This document shows positions 1-9,936 of a stretch of DNA of 64,000 nt, piece after piece. Within the stretch, counting starts at the first letter, position 1; each line of letters starts with the position of its first letter. The translations under genes and the position numbers were made by a program. This DNA is from Acidimicrobiales bacterium (GTDB taxonomy: Bacteria > Actinomycetota > Acidimicrobiia > Acidimicrobiales > Palsa-688). The DNA lies in the NCBI GenBank assembly GCA_965276765.1, contig OZ255627.1, forward strand, positions 2,007,007-2,071,006. The letters run 5' to 3'. The notes below the pieces were generated by a model. That model saw only the letters and a list, made by a program, of their open reading frames with translations, was not told the origin of the DNA and did no database searches.

Positions 1-911
1 CCGCGCTGCTGATCAAGGCGATCGACCTGCGCTGTCGCCCCGACGATGTTGCGAACGCAGAACGCGACGGTGCGAGCAATCCCTTCGGGGCGGTGCGCGC
101 CGACGCCATCGTGGAGATGGCCCGAGTCGACCTCGACCACCAAGAGATAGCGGACACCGCCGATCACGGGGATCGCTACCTGGTCGCCGTCGTCGCCGAG
201 ACCGCAGCGCTCCGCCCCAGCGGCGAGTCCCCCGAACGGGCGGGACCCAGCGAACCACCCCACCAGGCAGGGAGCGGAGATGACCCGTCCGATGCAAGTG
301 CGGCCGCGTCCGGGCCGGGCCGTCCAGAAGGTCTCGGCGAGTTGTGCCAGCTGGTCGACGGTCCCGCCTTGGCACCGAGCACCGTGCGCCGCCTCGCGTG
401 CGACCAGCCGACGGTGTTCATCTCCGAGGATGCCGACGGCACCATCGTCGACCTGGGCCGACGGACCCGTCGGCCCAACCGGGCGTTGCGGCGTGCCCTG
501 ATGCGACGCGACGCCAACGCCTGCCGCTTCCCTGGATGCCCGGGTCGGGGCGTCGAAGCCCATCACGTCAAGCACTGGATCGACGGCGGCGCGACCCGCC
601 TCGACAACCTCGTATCGCTGTGCCGGCGTCACCATCATCGCCACCACGAGGGCGGCTTCCGGATCGAAATCAACGGTACCGGCGGATTCCGTTTCGTGCG
701 CGCCGACGGCCACGCCATACCTATCGTCCCGGCTGCCCCGGCGAAGCCACCCGCCGGCGGTGGTCTCGAGGGCTACGCCCGCCCGGACGCCTGCACCCCC
801 AACTGGGAGGGCGACCGCCTCGATCTTCCCATCATCATCGACGGCCTTCTCCGCGCCGATGGGCTCACCGAGACGGAACCCGGGCCCGATTCTCAACCGC
901 CGCCGCCATGA
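1..911 (+). CDS. DUF222 / HNH endonuclease family protein (REP13E12-like), 5' end truncated by window edge
   Basis: Translation carries an HNH-type motif 'HHVKHWIDGGATRLDNLVSLCRRHHHRHHEGGF', typical of actinobacterial DUF222-HNH proteins. The frame is open back to position 1, so the N-terminus lies outside the window. Confidence 0.65.
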   Translation, partial: ALLIKAIDLRCRPDDVANAERDGASNPFGAVRADAIVEMARVDLDHQEIADTADHGDRYLVAVVAETAALRPSGESPERAGPSEPPHQAGSGDDPSDASAAASGPGRPEGLGELCQLVDGPALAPSTVRRLACDQPTVFISEDADGTIVDLGRRTRRPNRALRRALMRRDANACRFPGCPGRGVEAHHVKHWIDGGATRLDNLVSLCRRHHHRHHEGGFRIEINGTGGFRFVRADGHAIPIVPAAPAKPPAGGGLEGYARPDACTPNWEGDRLDLPIIIDGLLRADGLTETEPGPDSQPPPP

Positions 912-1001
912 CCAGCCGGCCATCCAGGCTGGCAAACGCCCTGGTCGGAGGCAAGGTCGGTGCCAAGATCGACGGGTTGACCTTGGTAGGGTCGACCGGC
1001 A

Positions 1002-1700
1002 ATGAGCAGGGACCAGACCGATGACATCGCGCCAGACACCGATCACAGTGCGACCGCTCTCGGTATGCGTGAGCTGCGGGATCCGAGGGACATGCGGGCC
1101 CTGGCCCATCCGACCCGGCTGGCGCTGCTCGAGGTACTCGCGGTCCACGGCCCGCTCACGGCGACGCAGGCGGCGGAGCTTGTGGGCGAGAGTCCTTCAT
1201 CGTGCTCGTTCCATCTGCGCACGCTGGCCCGGCACAACTTTGTCGAGGAAACCGGGGACGGGCGTGGCCGTCAGCGCCCGTGGCGACGGGTCACTCTCGG
1301 CACCTCGCTCCGGGGGACCTTCGACGATCCCGAGACGACGGTGGCCGCCGATGCCCTCTCGACGATGTTCCGTGACCGCCAGCTCGATCGGCTTGCGGAG
1401 TGGTGGTCACGACGTCACGAGGACGAACCCGAATGGGTCGAGGCGTCGGACGTCCACGAGACCCTCGCCTGGGTCACTGCAGACGAGCTCCAAGAGCTCA
1501 ACAAAGCGGTCACTGCCGTCGTCGCCCGCTATCGGGATCGGCTCGTGGATCCGACCTTGCGGCCCGAAGGCTCCCGCCCGGTCGAGGCGCTCTACTTCTC
1601 GTTCCCGGTCAAGGAGTGGGACCGGCCGGAGTCGTCGCCCCGCCCTCCGCCGGATCGTCGTGCTGCTCCTCCTCCGAGCCGGTCACCTCCTCGCCGATGA
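1002..1700 (+). CDS. Winged-helix (ArsR-like) HTH transcriptional regulator
   Basis: N-terminal 'HPTRLALLEVLAVHGPLTATQAAELVGESPSSCSFHLRTLARHNFV' is an ArsR-type HTH. The 3' end overlaps the convergent PP2C gene by ~90 nt, so the true stop is uncertain. Confidence 0.5.
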   Translation: MSRDQTDDIAPDTDHSATALGMRELRDPRDMRALAHPTRLALLEVLAVHGPLTATQAAELVGESPSSCSFHLRTLARHNFVEETGDGRGRQRPWRRVTLGTSLRGTFDDPETTVAADALSTMFRDRQLDRLAEWWSRRHEDEPEWVEASDVHETLAWVTADELQELNKAVTAVVARYRDRLVDPTLRPEGSRPVEALYFSFPVKEWDRPESSPRPPPDRRAAPPPSRSPPRR

Positions 1701-2511
1701 CCCCGTCGGGTCCCGCCGGGATAACGGCGACCGTGATGTTGTCGCTCCCGCCTGCGTCGAGAGCGACCTGCACCAGCCGGCGGGCGATGTCGGCGGACGC
1801 TTCGCCGGGCGTGACGGCCGCGCCGGCGGCCAGGTCGTTGGGCTCCTTGAGGTAATTCCACAGTCCGTCGGTGCAGACGAGGAGGATGCCTGGACCGGAT
1901 ATCTCGAGCACCGAGACATTGGGCGGGGTGACCGTCACGCTGTCCGAACGCAGGCACCTGGTGATCACGTGGGCGTGCGGCGACGAGTAGGCCTGCTCGG
2001 GGGAGAGCCCGTCCCGTATGGCCAGCTCGGCCCAGGAGTCGTCGACGGTGACGACCTGATGAGACGCCGTGCCGGTATCGATCCAGTAGGCCCGGGTGTC
2101 GCCGATGCTGCCAGCGGCGGCCCTCCCCGGTCCGACGGCGGCGACGACCATGGTGGTCGCGGTGGTGGAGTCCGCCGGCGTGATGACGTTGGTTACCGCC
2201 TTCTCGGCTTGTCCCGTCGCCGCTTGAAGCGCATCGACGAGGGCGTCGGTTTCGGGCCAAGGATCGACCTCGAGGAGAGGCCGGAGAGCGTCGATGGCCG
2301 CCGCGGTCGCCGCGGCCGACGCCAGGTCCGAACGCCACGATGTCGACACCCCGTCGCACACCGCCACAACGACCCGGTCGCCGGCGCCCTCGATGGCATA
2401 GGCGTCCTGATTGTCCTGATGGCGCTTGCCCCGGTCGCTGACCGCTGCGACCCGACCGAGGTCTGTCTCCCGATGGTCCTCGGCGTAGGGCGGCTCGCCT
2501 TCGACGGGCAC
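1609..2511 (-). CDS. PP2C-family Ser/Thr protein phosphatase
   Basis: Motifs 'RHQDNQDAY', 'VCDGVS', 'TDGLWN' and 'GGSDNITV' are typical of PPM/PP2C phosphatases. Its start abuts the stop of the upstream cgl-like gene. Confidence 0.8.
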   Translation of the reverse strand: MPVEGEPPYAEDHRETDLGRVAAVSDRGKRHQDNQDAYAIEGAGDRVVVAVCDGVSTSWRSDLASAAATAAAIDALRPLLEVDPWPETDALVDALQAATGQAEKAVTNVITPADSTTATTMVVAAVGPGRAAAGSIGDTRAYWIDTGTASHQVVTVDDSWAELAIRDGLSPEQAYSSPHAHVITRCLRSDSVTVTPPNVSVLEISGPGILLVCTDGLWNYLKEPNDLAAGAAVTPGEASADIARRLVQVALDAGGSDNITVAVIPAGPDGVIGEEVTGSEEEQHDDPAEGGATTPAGPTP

Positions 2512-3693
2512 TCAGGCCACCAGATCGAGGGCGCCGGCGAGGTCGGCGACCAGGTCGTCGGCCGTCTCGAGCCCCACCGAGAGCCGGATCAGGCCCGGGT
2601 CGACGGCCAGGGGCGATGCCGCTACCGACGCGTGGGTCATGCGATGAGGATGCTCGATCAGCGACTCCACCGCTCCGAGGGATTCGGCCAGGGTGAACAG
2701 CTCGGTGCCAGCGGCTACCTTCAACGCCGCGTCCTCGCCGCCGTGCAGCACGAACGACACCATTCCACCGAAGCCTCGCATCTGGCGTGCCGCCACCTCG
2801 TGGCCGGGATGGGACGAAAGCCCCGGGTAGTGGACCCGTTCGACGGCGGGATGGGCGGTGAGCATGTCGACGACGAGGGCGGCGGTGGCGCAGTGGCGGT
2901 CCATGCGGACGGCCAGGGTCTTGAGGCCGCGCAGCACCAGATAGCAGTCCCACGGACCGGGGACCGCCCCCACGCTGTTCTGGTTGAACGCCAACCGGTC
3001 GGCCAGCTCATGGTCGTTGGTCCCGATCCACCCGCCCACCACGTCGCTGTGGCCCCCCAGGTACTTGGTCGCCGAGTGCGACACCACGTCGGCGCCGAGA
3101 CGGAGGGGTTGCTGCAGGTACGGCGTGGCGAAGGTGTTGTCGATCACGAGCCGCCCCCCTCTGGCGTGGACGACGCCGGCCAGGGCCTCGATGTCGACGA
3201 TTCCGAGCTCGGGGTTGGTCGGCGTCTCGGTCCACACCAGGCGAGTCGTGGGTCGCCACGCCGCCTCCACGGCCGCGAGGTCGTTGATCGGCACCGTGGA
3301 GTGCTCGATACCGATCGGTCCGTAGACCTTGTCGATAAGCCGCCAGGTGCCGCCGTAGGCGTCGTTGGGGATGATCAGGTGATCGCCAGGCTTCAACATG
3401 CGCAGCACGGCGTCCTCCGCCGCCAGCCCGCTGGCGAAGGCCAAGCCCCTCGCCGCGCCTTCGAGGGAGGCCAGGCAGGCCTCGAGCGCCGCCCTCGTCG
3501 GGTTGCCGCCCCTGCTGTAGTCGTAGCCGTGGTGCTGGCCGACGGCCGACTGCGCGAACGTCGTCGACATCGACACCGGCGGGATGACGGCACCGCTGAC
3601 CGGGTCGGGGTCCTGGCCGGCGTGGATGGCCCGCGTCTCGAACCCTTGTGTCCCGGAGCCGGATGCTTCGGTACGGCGTGTCTCGTTGTTCAC
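2512..3693 (-). CDS. Cystathionine gamma-lyase/gamma-synthase family PLP enzyme
   Basis: Cys/Met-metabolism PLP fold with the 'SATKYLGGHSD' PLP-lysine motif. The start overlaps the stop of the upstream CBS gene (ATGA). Confidence 0.85.
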   Translation of the reverse strand: MNNETRRTEASGSGTQGFETRAIHAGQDPDPVSGAVIPPVSMSTTFAQSAVGQHHGYDYSRGGNPTRAALEACLASLEGAARGLAFASGLAAEDAVLRMLKPGDHLIIPNDAYGGTWRLIDKVYGPIGIEHSTVPINDLAAVEAAWRPTTRLVWTETPTNPELGIVDIEALAGVVHARGGRLVIDNTFATPYLQQPLRLGADVVSHSATKYLGGHSDVVGGWIGTNDHELADRLAFNQNSVGAVPGPWDCYLVLRGLKTLAVRMDRHCATAALVVDMLTAHPAVERVHYPGLSSHPGHEVAARQMRGFGGMVSFVLHGGEDAALKVAAGTELFTLAESLGAVESLIEHPHRMTHASVAASPLAVDPGLIRLSVGLETADDLVADLAGALDLVA

Positions 3694-5342
3694 CGGTCGC
3701 TCCCGGCCAGAAAGTCGAGGAGATCGGATCGGGTCACGATCCCGACGGGGTGCCCGCCGTCGAGCACGAGCACGGCGGGGGCGGCGCTGAGCCGGGCGGC
3801 GGCCACGTCCACCGACTCGCCGGTACCGATCGTCGGGAGGGGTGGCTCCATGACCGCACCGACCGTCTCGGCGATCATGGACGGCTCGGCGAGGGCTCGC
3901 TCGAGCAGGCGGCGGTCGCTCACCGTGCCGATGACCTCGGCCAGGGCGAGCGGAGGTTCGGCCTTGACGACCGGCATCTGCGACACCCCGTACTCCTTGA
4001 GGACGGCGATGGCCTGGCGGACCGTCTCATCGGGGTGGATGTGCACGAGCGGTGGCACGTCGACCGCCTTTCTCGTCAGGACCTGGTCGATCGTCTCGCC
4101 GCCGACCCGGAGGAAACCATGATCGGCCATCCAGCCGTCGTCGTAGACCTTGGACAGGTACCCCCGACCCGAATCGGGGAGCAGCACGACGACCACGTCG
4201 TCGGGCCCGAGCTCGCGCCCGATCTCGAGGGCCGCCCAGACCGCCGTGCCGCACGACCCGCCGGCGAGGATCCCCTCCTCGCGTGTCACGCGCCTGGCGG
4301 TGAGGAAGCTGTCTCGGTCCGAGACCATCACCACCCGGTCGGCGATGGTCCGGTCGTAGGCGTCGGGCCAGAAGTCCTCACCGATGCCCTCGACCAGGTA
4401 CGGGCGCCCGCCGCCTCCCGAATAGACCGATCCCTCGGGGTCGGCGCCGATGATCTGGAGATCGGGATTGCGGGACTTGAGGTAGCGCCCGATGCCGCTG
4501 ATGGTCCCCCCGGTGCCGATGCTGGCGACGAAGTGGGTGATGCGCCCCCGGGTCTGCTCCCAGATCTCCGGGCCTGTGGTCCGCACGTGCGATTCGGGGT
4601 TGGCCGGGTTGGCGTACTGATTGGGGCTCCAGCCGCCCGGGGTCTCCTGCGCCAGGCGTCGGGCCACCGAGTAGTAGCTCTCGGGGTGGTCGGGCTCGAC
4701 CGACGTGGGGCAGATCACCACCTCGGCGCCGTAGGCCCGCAGCAGCGCCCGCTTCTCCTCGGCGATCTTGTCGGGCATGGTGAAGATGCAGCGGTACCCC
4801 CGCCGGGCCGCCACGATGGCCAGCCCGACCCCGGTGTTGCCCGACGTCGGCTCGACGATCGTCCCTCCCGGCGCCAGCAGGCCGTCGCGTTCGGCTACGT
4901 CGACCATCCGCACGGCCGGGCGGTCTTTGACGCTGCCTCCGGGATTGAGATACTCGAGCTTGGCGAGGAGCTGGCAGGACAGGTCTCGTGCGCTGCGATC
5001 GAGGCGGACGAGGGGGGTGTTGCCGACGAGGTCGAGGAGCGAGTCGGCGGCCCGCATGGGTTCGCCCCGATCCGAGATCCTGGCCGTCTCGATGCCGTCA
5101 TCCAAGGGGAGCGGCTCGTCGGTGTAGACGACGACGGGCAGCCCAGCCCTGTGCAGTTGCACCGCCACCTCGACGATCTCGTCGGGCTCGCCGATCACGC
5201 CGACGGTCCTCGGGATGTGGGCTCGCAGCTCGGAGACGGTGCCGAGCGGCAGCTGGCCGGCCGGAATGTTGAGCTCCCTCCTGGCCCGGGCCGAAAGGCG
5301 CGGCGGTACGGCCACATCGCCGACGCAGACGAGGACATCCAT
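3690..5342 (-). CDS. cbs: Cystathionine beta-synthase (cysteine-synthase fold plus C-terminal CBS-domain pair)
   Basis: 'GNTPLVRL', 'PGGSVKDRPA' and 'SGNTGVGLA' are PLP/CysK-fold motifs, and a C-terminal tandem CBS pair follows. Start ambiguous: ATG at 5342 gives a ~95-aa structured N-terminal extension, while ATG at 5054 gives a canonical ~454-aa CBS. The upstream Arg-rich part of the ORF is rejected. Confidence 0.75.
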   Translation of the reverse strand: MDVLVCVGDVAVPPRLSARARRELNIPAGQLPLGTVSELRAHIPRTVGVIGEPDEIVEVAVQLHRAGLPVVVYTDEPLPLDDGIETARISDRGEPMRAADSLLDLVGNTPLVRLDRSARDLSCQLLAKLEYLNPGGSVKDRPAVRMVDVAERDGLLAPGGTIVEPTSGNTGVGLAIVAARRGYRCIFTMPDKIAEEKRALLRAYGAEVVICPTSVEPDHPESYYSVARRLAQETPGGWSPNQYANPANPESHVRTTGPEIWEQTRGRITHFVASIGTGGTISGIGRYLKSRNPDLQIIGADPEGSVYSGGGGRPYLVEGIGEDFWPDAYDRTIADRVVMVSDRDSFLTARRVTREEGILAGGSCGTAVWAALEIGRELGPDDVVVVLLPDSGRGYLSKVYDDGWMADHGFLRVGGETIDQVLTRKAVDVPPLVHIHPDETVRQAIAVLKEYGVSQMPVVKAEPPLALAEVIGTVSDRRLLERALAEPSMIAETVGAVMEPPLPTIGTGESVDVAAARLSAAPAVLVLDGGHPVGIVTRSDLLDFLAGSDR

Positions 5343-5383
5343 GGCCGCTGACGCTACCGGGATTCGCTTCGGGTCGTGTCCGC

Positions 5384-6229
5384 TCACGTGGGGGAGACGG
5401 GCGCCGCCTGCAGGGCCGCTCCGTGCCCCGCCCCGGCCAGGGCGGCGCCGACGATGCCCGCCTCGTTGTGGAGGGTGGCGGCGACGAGCGGTGTCCGTAT
5501 CTCGATGAGCGAGAGAAACTTGTCGGCCTTCCGGCTCACGCCGCCGCCGATCACGATGAGCTCGGGCCACAGGTAGTCCTCGATGGCCCGGAAGTACGAC
5601 TGCAGCCGCTTGGCCCATTTGGACCACGACAGGTCGTCGCGTTCACGGGCGCCGGCGCTCGCCCTCGTCTCGGCATCGTGGCCGTCGAGCTCGATGTGCC
5701 CGAGCTCGCTGTTGGGGACGAGGACGCCCCGGTAGAGCAGGGCGGTGCCGATCCCGGTCCCGAGGGTCGTGACCACGACAAGGCCGTCGTGGCCGGCGGC
5801 GGCACCAAAGGCCACCTCGGCCAGGCCGGCGGCGTCGGCGTCGTTGACGGCGGTCACCGAGAGGCCCGTGGCGTCGCCGATCACCTTCGTGATGTCCGTG
5901 CCGATCCAGGCGTGATCGACATTGGCCGCCGTCCTGGCCACGCCGTCGGTCACCACGGCAGGGAACGTGGCTCCGATCGGTCCTTTCCAGGAGAAATGCT
6001 CGACCACCTCGGCGACGGCGGCGGCGACAGCATCCGGGGTCGACGGCTGGGGGGTGGCCACCTTGTGGCGCTCGTCGTTCAACTCCCCTGACGCCAGGTC
6101 GACGGGAGCGCCCTTGATGCCCGAACCGCCGATGTCGACGCCGAACCCGGCACGCGTTCGGGAGTCGCCCGGTTGCGGGCTGGAACCGGACGGGGCGGGC
6201 GATGGCACCGTGGTGGTCATAGGCACCAT
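5384..6229 (-). CDS. ppgK: Polyphosphate glucokinase (ROK family)
   Basis: '[13 protein letters not shown]' is the ROK ATPase motif and 'GHIELDG' is PPGK-like. Start chosen at 'MVPMTTT'; the upstream Gly/Pro-rich part is rejected. Confidence 0.75.
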   Translation of the reverse strand: MVPMTTTVPSPAPSGSSPQPGDSRTRAGFGVDIGGSGIKGAPVDLASGELNDERHKVATPQPSTPDAVAAAVAEVVEHFSWKGPIGATFPAVVTDGVARTAANVDHAWIGTDITKVIGDATGLSVTAVNDADAAGLAEVAFGAAAGHDGLVVVTTLGTGIGTALLYRGVLVPNSELGHIELDGHDAETRASAGARERDDLSWSKWAKRLQSYFRAIEDYLWPELIVIGGGVSRKADKFLSLIEIRTPLVAATLHNEAGIVGAALAGAGHGAALQAAPVSPT

Positions 6230-6289
6230 CCTGCCTCGCTCGGCGCGCCGGGCGCTCGTTTCCCCTGTCCCTGAATTCCTGCAAGTAGC

Positions 6290-7555
6290 GTGACCTTTGT
6301 GGATCCCGCCTACCCGCCCGAAGCCGAGGCCTACAGGGACAAGATCAGGGCATTCCTCGGTGAGCACCTCCCGGCCGGATGGAAGGGGATCGGCGCCCTG
6401 CCCCCATCCGAAGCAGCCGAATTCGCCGCCGGGTGGAGGGCCACCCTCTACGAACACGGCTTCCTCGCCGCCTCGTGGCCCAAGACATATGGCGGTGGGG
6501 GGCTAAGCCCGGCCGAGCAGGTCGTCCTCGTCGAGGAGCTGTTCCGTGCCGGCGTCCCGACCGGCACGGCCAACGACGGCTTCGGCATCCAGATGGTGGG
6601 CAACACCATCTTGCGATGGGGCACCGAAGAGCAAAAGCGCCACTTCCTGCCCCGGATCCTCTCCGGTGCCGACCGCTGGTGCCAGGGCTACTCCGAGCCC
6701 GGCGCCGGCTCCGACCTGGCCAACCTCGGGACCCGGGCCGTGCTCGACGGCGATGAGTGGGTGCTCAATGGCCAGAAGATCTGGACGTCGGCGGCCCACC
6801 TGGCCAACTGGATCTTCGTGCTGGCGAGAACCGATCCCGACGTCGGCAAGCACAAGGGCATCACGTTTCTGCTCGTCCCCATGGACCAGCCGGGCGTCGA
6901 GGTCAGGCCCATCCGGATGCTCAACGGGGCATCGGAGTTCAACGAGACGTTCCTCACCGACGCCCGCACGCCGGCCGTCAACGTTGTGGGCGGCATCAAC
7001 GAGGGGTGGGCCGTGGCCATGACCCTGCTCGGCTACGAGCGAGGAGAGGCCGCCGCCACTGTGCCGATCATGTACCGGGCCGAGTTGGACCGGCTCATCG
7101 ACCTGGCCCGCGAGCGGGGGCGTAGCCTCGATCCGTTGATCCGCCAGCGCCTGGCGTGGTGCTACGGTCAGGTTGAGGTCATGCGCTTCTTGGGGATGCG
7201 CACGCTCAGCCGGTTCATCGCCGGTGAGACCCCTGGCCCTGAGTCGTCGATCTTCAAGCTGTTCTGGAGCGAATACCACCAGGTCGTTACGGAGCTGGCC
7301 GTCGACGTTCTCGGCGCCGACGCTCTCGTGCCGTCGGGGCGGTGGCCGACGAGCAGCTTCCAGGCCGACAGCGTCGGCGCGCCCAATGACAGCGCCTCGT
7401 GGGTCGGGACGTTTCTCTCGGCGAGGGCCGGAACGATCTACGCCGGTACCTCGCAGATCCAGCGCAACATCCTGGGCGAGATGGTCCTCGGTCTGCCCAA
7501 GGAGCCCGCAGGTCCGAGGGAGACGTGGCGGGAGTTGCAGGCCCGCCAGCCGTAA
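6290..7555 (+). CDS. Acyl-CoA dehydrogenase family protein
   Basis: '[13 protein letters not shown]', '[11 protein letters not shown]' and a C-terminal 'GTSQIQRNI' are ACAD signatures. GTG start. Confidence 0.85.
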   Translation: MTFVDPAYPPEAEAYRDKIRAFLGEHLPAGWKGIGALPPSEAAEFAAGWRATLYEHGFLAASWPKTYGGGGLSPAEQVVLVEELFRAGVPTGTANDGFGIQMVGNTILRWGTEEQKRHFLPRILSGADRWCQGYSEPGAGSDLANLGTRAVLDGDEWVLNGQKIWTSAAHLANWIFVLARTDPDVGKHKGITFLLVPMDQPGVEVRPIRMLNGASEFNETFLTDARTPAVNVVGGINEGWAVAMTLLGYERGEAAATVPIMYRAELDRLIDLARERGRSLDPLIRQRLAWCYGQVEVMRFLGMRTLSRFIAGETPGPESSIFKLFWSEYHQVVTELAVDVLGADALVPSGRWPTSSFQADSVGAPNDSASWVGTFLSARAGTIYAGTSQIQRNILGEMVLGLPKEPAGPRETWRELQARQP

Positions 7556-7599
7556 GCGCCGCCAGCCCTACCCGCCGCCAGCCGTAAGGCGCTGCGCCG

Positions 7600-8421
7600 T
7601 CAGGCTCTCACGCCGGCGTGGAGCCGCTCGGCGTTGCCACCCCTGATGCCGGCCAGGGCGGCCGGCTCGAGCCCGAGGCCGTCGAGATGGGCCAGGAGAT
7701 CCGTGACCGTCACGGCGGTGTTGGGGCAGTCGGACCCGAAGAGCACCCGGTCGGCGACGGCGGCCAGCCGGTCGGCGGGGATGGGGATCGGGTCGTGGAC
7801 GACCGGAGTCAAGTCGGCGTGGACGTTGTCATGCGAGGCCATCAGGTCGAGGGTGGCGTCTAGGGCGTCGTGGCCGAAGTGGGCGACGATGAGCGGCGCT
7901 TGGGGCCACCGTTCGGCGACGACCCGTACCGCGTCGACCTCGCCGGCGGCGGTGTGCCCGGAGACGGCGTGGCCGGCGTGGATCACGACAGGAAGGCCCA
8001 CATCCGAGACGTAGGCCCATACCGCCTCGAGGCGGGGGTCGTCGGGGGCGAACTCCCCGACCGAGCAGTGCAGCTTGAGGACGCGCAGCCCGAGGTCCTC
8101 GACCCCGGCCCGCACAATGCCGGCCGGGTCGGCGTCGCCTGGGTGGACGGTGGCCCCGCCGATCACGTCGACGGGACCTTCGGCCAGCGCCGCCGCCGTC
8201 TCGGCCGAGGCCTGGTTGAGGGCGGCGGCCGTCCCGGGACGCCGAGCGTAGGGGAGCGACCATGCCTGGGTGATTCCCTCCGCCGCAAGGAGACGGGTGG
8301 TCTCGGCGTGGTCGAGCGGGTACCGCCAGGTGTCAAGGCCGACGCCGTTATCGGCGAAGAACGCCCGAATCGCCTGGCCCAGGCGCTGGGGAAGCAGGTG
8401 GACGTGGGCGTCGACGGTCAC
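7600..8421 (-). CDS. Amidohydrolase-2 (TIM-barrel metal-dependent hydrolase/decarboxylase) family protein
   Basis: N-terminal 'VDAHVHLLP', mid 'VVIHAGH' and 'HFGH' match the ACMSD-like amidohydrolase_2 pattern. Substrate unknown. Confidence 0.7.
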   Translation of the reverse strand: MTVDAHVHLLPQRLGQAIRAFFADNGVGLDTWRYPLDHAETTRLLAAEGITQAWSLPYARRPGTAAALNQASAETAAALAEGPVDVIGGATVHPGDADPAGIVRAGVEDLGLRVLKLHCSVGEFAPDDPRLEAVWAYVSDVGLPVVIHAGHAVSGHTAAGEVDAVRVVAERWPQAPLIVAHFGHDALDATLDLMASHDNVHADLTPVVHDPIPIPADRLAAVADRVLFGSDCPNTAVTVTDLLAHLDGLGLEPAALAGIRGGNAERLHAGVRA

Positions 8422-8713
8422 GCCCTCATCCTGTCGCGTCGCGGTGTGGGGACCGCCAATTGGTGGCTTGGTGGCGGCCCATCGCCGGCCGGCCTGGACC
8501 GGGGGCGGGTGTGGCGACGATCATGGTCCGGTGTTTCCTGCCGATGAGCGCCCGGGTGACGGGCTTGCACCCGACGATGTCGTAGCCGAGGAGGGCGAGT
8601 CTGGTGTGGCGGCCGCCGGCGCCCCGGATGGTGTGGCCGGGGTATCGGGTGTCGGGGTAGCGGGCGACGACGTAGACGGCGGCGACAAAGGCCCGAAGGA
8701 TCGCAGCGCCGTC

Positions 8714-9820
8714 ATGGCCTTCCTTGCTGCCGTCCTGCTGGCGGCGGCCGCCGCCCTCGAGGTGGTCGCCCTCGCCCTGCGCCAGTCCCCGGGCCAGCTG
8801 CCGCTGAGCCACGATGGCCCGACGGTCGCCTCCCACGTGGTCATCGCCGCCGGGTTGCTCGTGAGCGCCGGCCTCTGCGCCGTCAGGTCTCGCGGCCTCG
8901 TCGTCGCTGGGGCCATGATCGCCGCAGGGATCGTCGCCGCCAACCTGGGCAACGTCATTTCCGACTTCGGCACCGTCCTTGCGGTCACAACCGCCAGCGG
9001 GGGCCTCTGGACGGAGGCCGGGGTGCTCGTGCTCGGTGCCGTTGGAGCGATTGTTGGCCTGGCCGGCTCGACGAGCGCCGGGTCATCGAGCGCCGGGTCA
9101 TCGAGCGCCGGGCAGGCTCTTGAGCCGTCGGTTGCCTGGACACCGATCGGCGAACCCGGGAGGCGTGGCTTCGACGGTCGCCGGCTTCCCGCGGTGGGGC
9201 TTGCCGTCTGGACGGGGATCGCATCGGTGGTGCTCGGCGTGGCCTTCCTGCCGGCGTGGGACCGCTACCACTTCGTCTTCGTGACCGTTGGGACGAGTCG
9301 CAACGTGTTCGCTGGTAGCGCCTTCATGAGGGGCACGCCCGGACTGACCACAGCAGGAGACATCGTGGCGGCTCTCGCCCTCGCCCTCCTACCCGTCGTC
9401 GCCATCCTTTGGCCCCGGCCGCGTGCGGGCGTCCCCCTCGGGCTCGGCGTGGTGATCGTGGTCGTGGCCCAGACCATCTCCGCCGTCGCCGGGATCTTCC
9501 ACGTGCCGCTGAGCCAGTTCGTTTCGGCGCGAACCGCCACGGAGTTCGGGGTCGTGCTCCACGTCTCGCTCACCGGCTGGTTCGACCTGGAGGTCGTCGC
9601 CGGGCTGGCGCTGCTCGTCCTGCTGGCTTCCCGCTGGGAGGCGCTGGCGCCCGATGACGACGCCGCGCCGGTCCCGCCGCTGCCCTCGGGGAGCACCGGG
9701 TGGAACCCGCCGGGCAGCGCCGGGTGGAACCCGCCGGGCAGCGCCGGGTGGAACCCGCCGGGCCGGGTCGGCCACCACGACGCCTGGGTGTCCCAACCGC
9801 CGCCGCCGGGGGGCCGCTGA
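8714..9820 (+). CDS. Polytopic membrane protein with C-terminal tandem repeats (GWNPPGSA x3)
   Basis: Multiple hydrophobic helices. In-frame tandem 27-nt repeats at ~9697-9780 and a 'SAGSS' repeat at ~9061-9110. No recognisable family. Confidence 0.5.
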   Translation: MAFLAAVLLAAAAALEVVALALRQSPGQLPLSHDGPTVASHVVIAAGLLVSAGLCAVRSRGLVVAGAMIAAGIVAANLGNVISDFGTVLAVTTASGGLWTEAGVLVLGAVGAIVGLAGSTSAGSSSAGSSSAGQALEPSVAWTPIGEPGRRGFDGRRLPAVGLAVWTGIASVVLGVAFLPAWDRYHFVFVTVGTSRNVFAGSAFMRGTPGLTTAGDIVAALALALLPVVAILWPRPRAGVPLGLGVVIVVVAQTISAVAGIFHVPLSQFVSARTATEFGVVLHVSLTGWFDLEVVAGLALLVLLASRWEALAPDDDAAPVPPLPSGSTGWNPPGSAGWNPPGSAGWNPPGRVGHHDAWVSQPPPPGGR

Positions 9821-9872
9821 CGCTAGGGCGAGCACATCGGGGCCGAGTACCTCGAAGTGAGCGTTTCTTTGC

Positions 9873-9903
9873 CCACTTTTACGGAGTCACTCCGTAAAAG
9901 TGG
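9873..9903. terminator. Perfect 15-bp-arm palindrome (ccacttttacggagt c actccgtaaaagtgg), likely bidirectional terminator
   Basis: AT-rich perfect inverted repeat between convergent genes ending at 9820 and 9937. Confidence 0.6.
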
Positions 9904-9936
9904 TCAAAGAAAAGTGTCTATCGGCGGCGCCGAGTT

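Noticed and set aside
1592-2953. 453-aa minus-strand ORF, out of frame with the PP2C and CGL genes
   Set aside because: Extremely Arg/Gly-rich. It is an alternative frame of real genes.
1021-4122. 1033-aa plus-strand ORF spanning the PP2C and CGL region
   Set aside because: Arg/Pro/Gly-rich low-complexity translation antisense to well-supported genes. This is a typical high-GC antisense ORF.
3648-5351. 567-aa plus-strand ORF antisense to cbs
   Set aside because: Gly/Asp/Arg-rich junk composition; the opposite strand encodes a clear CBS.
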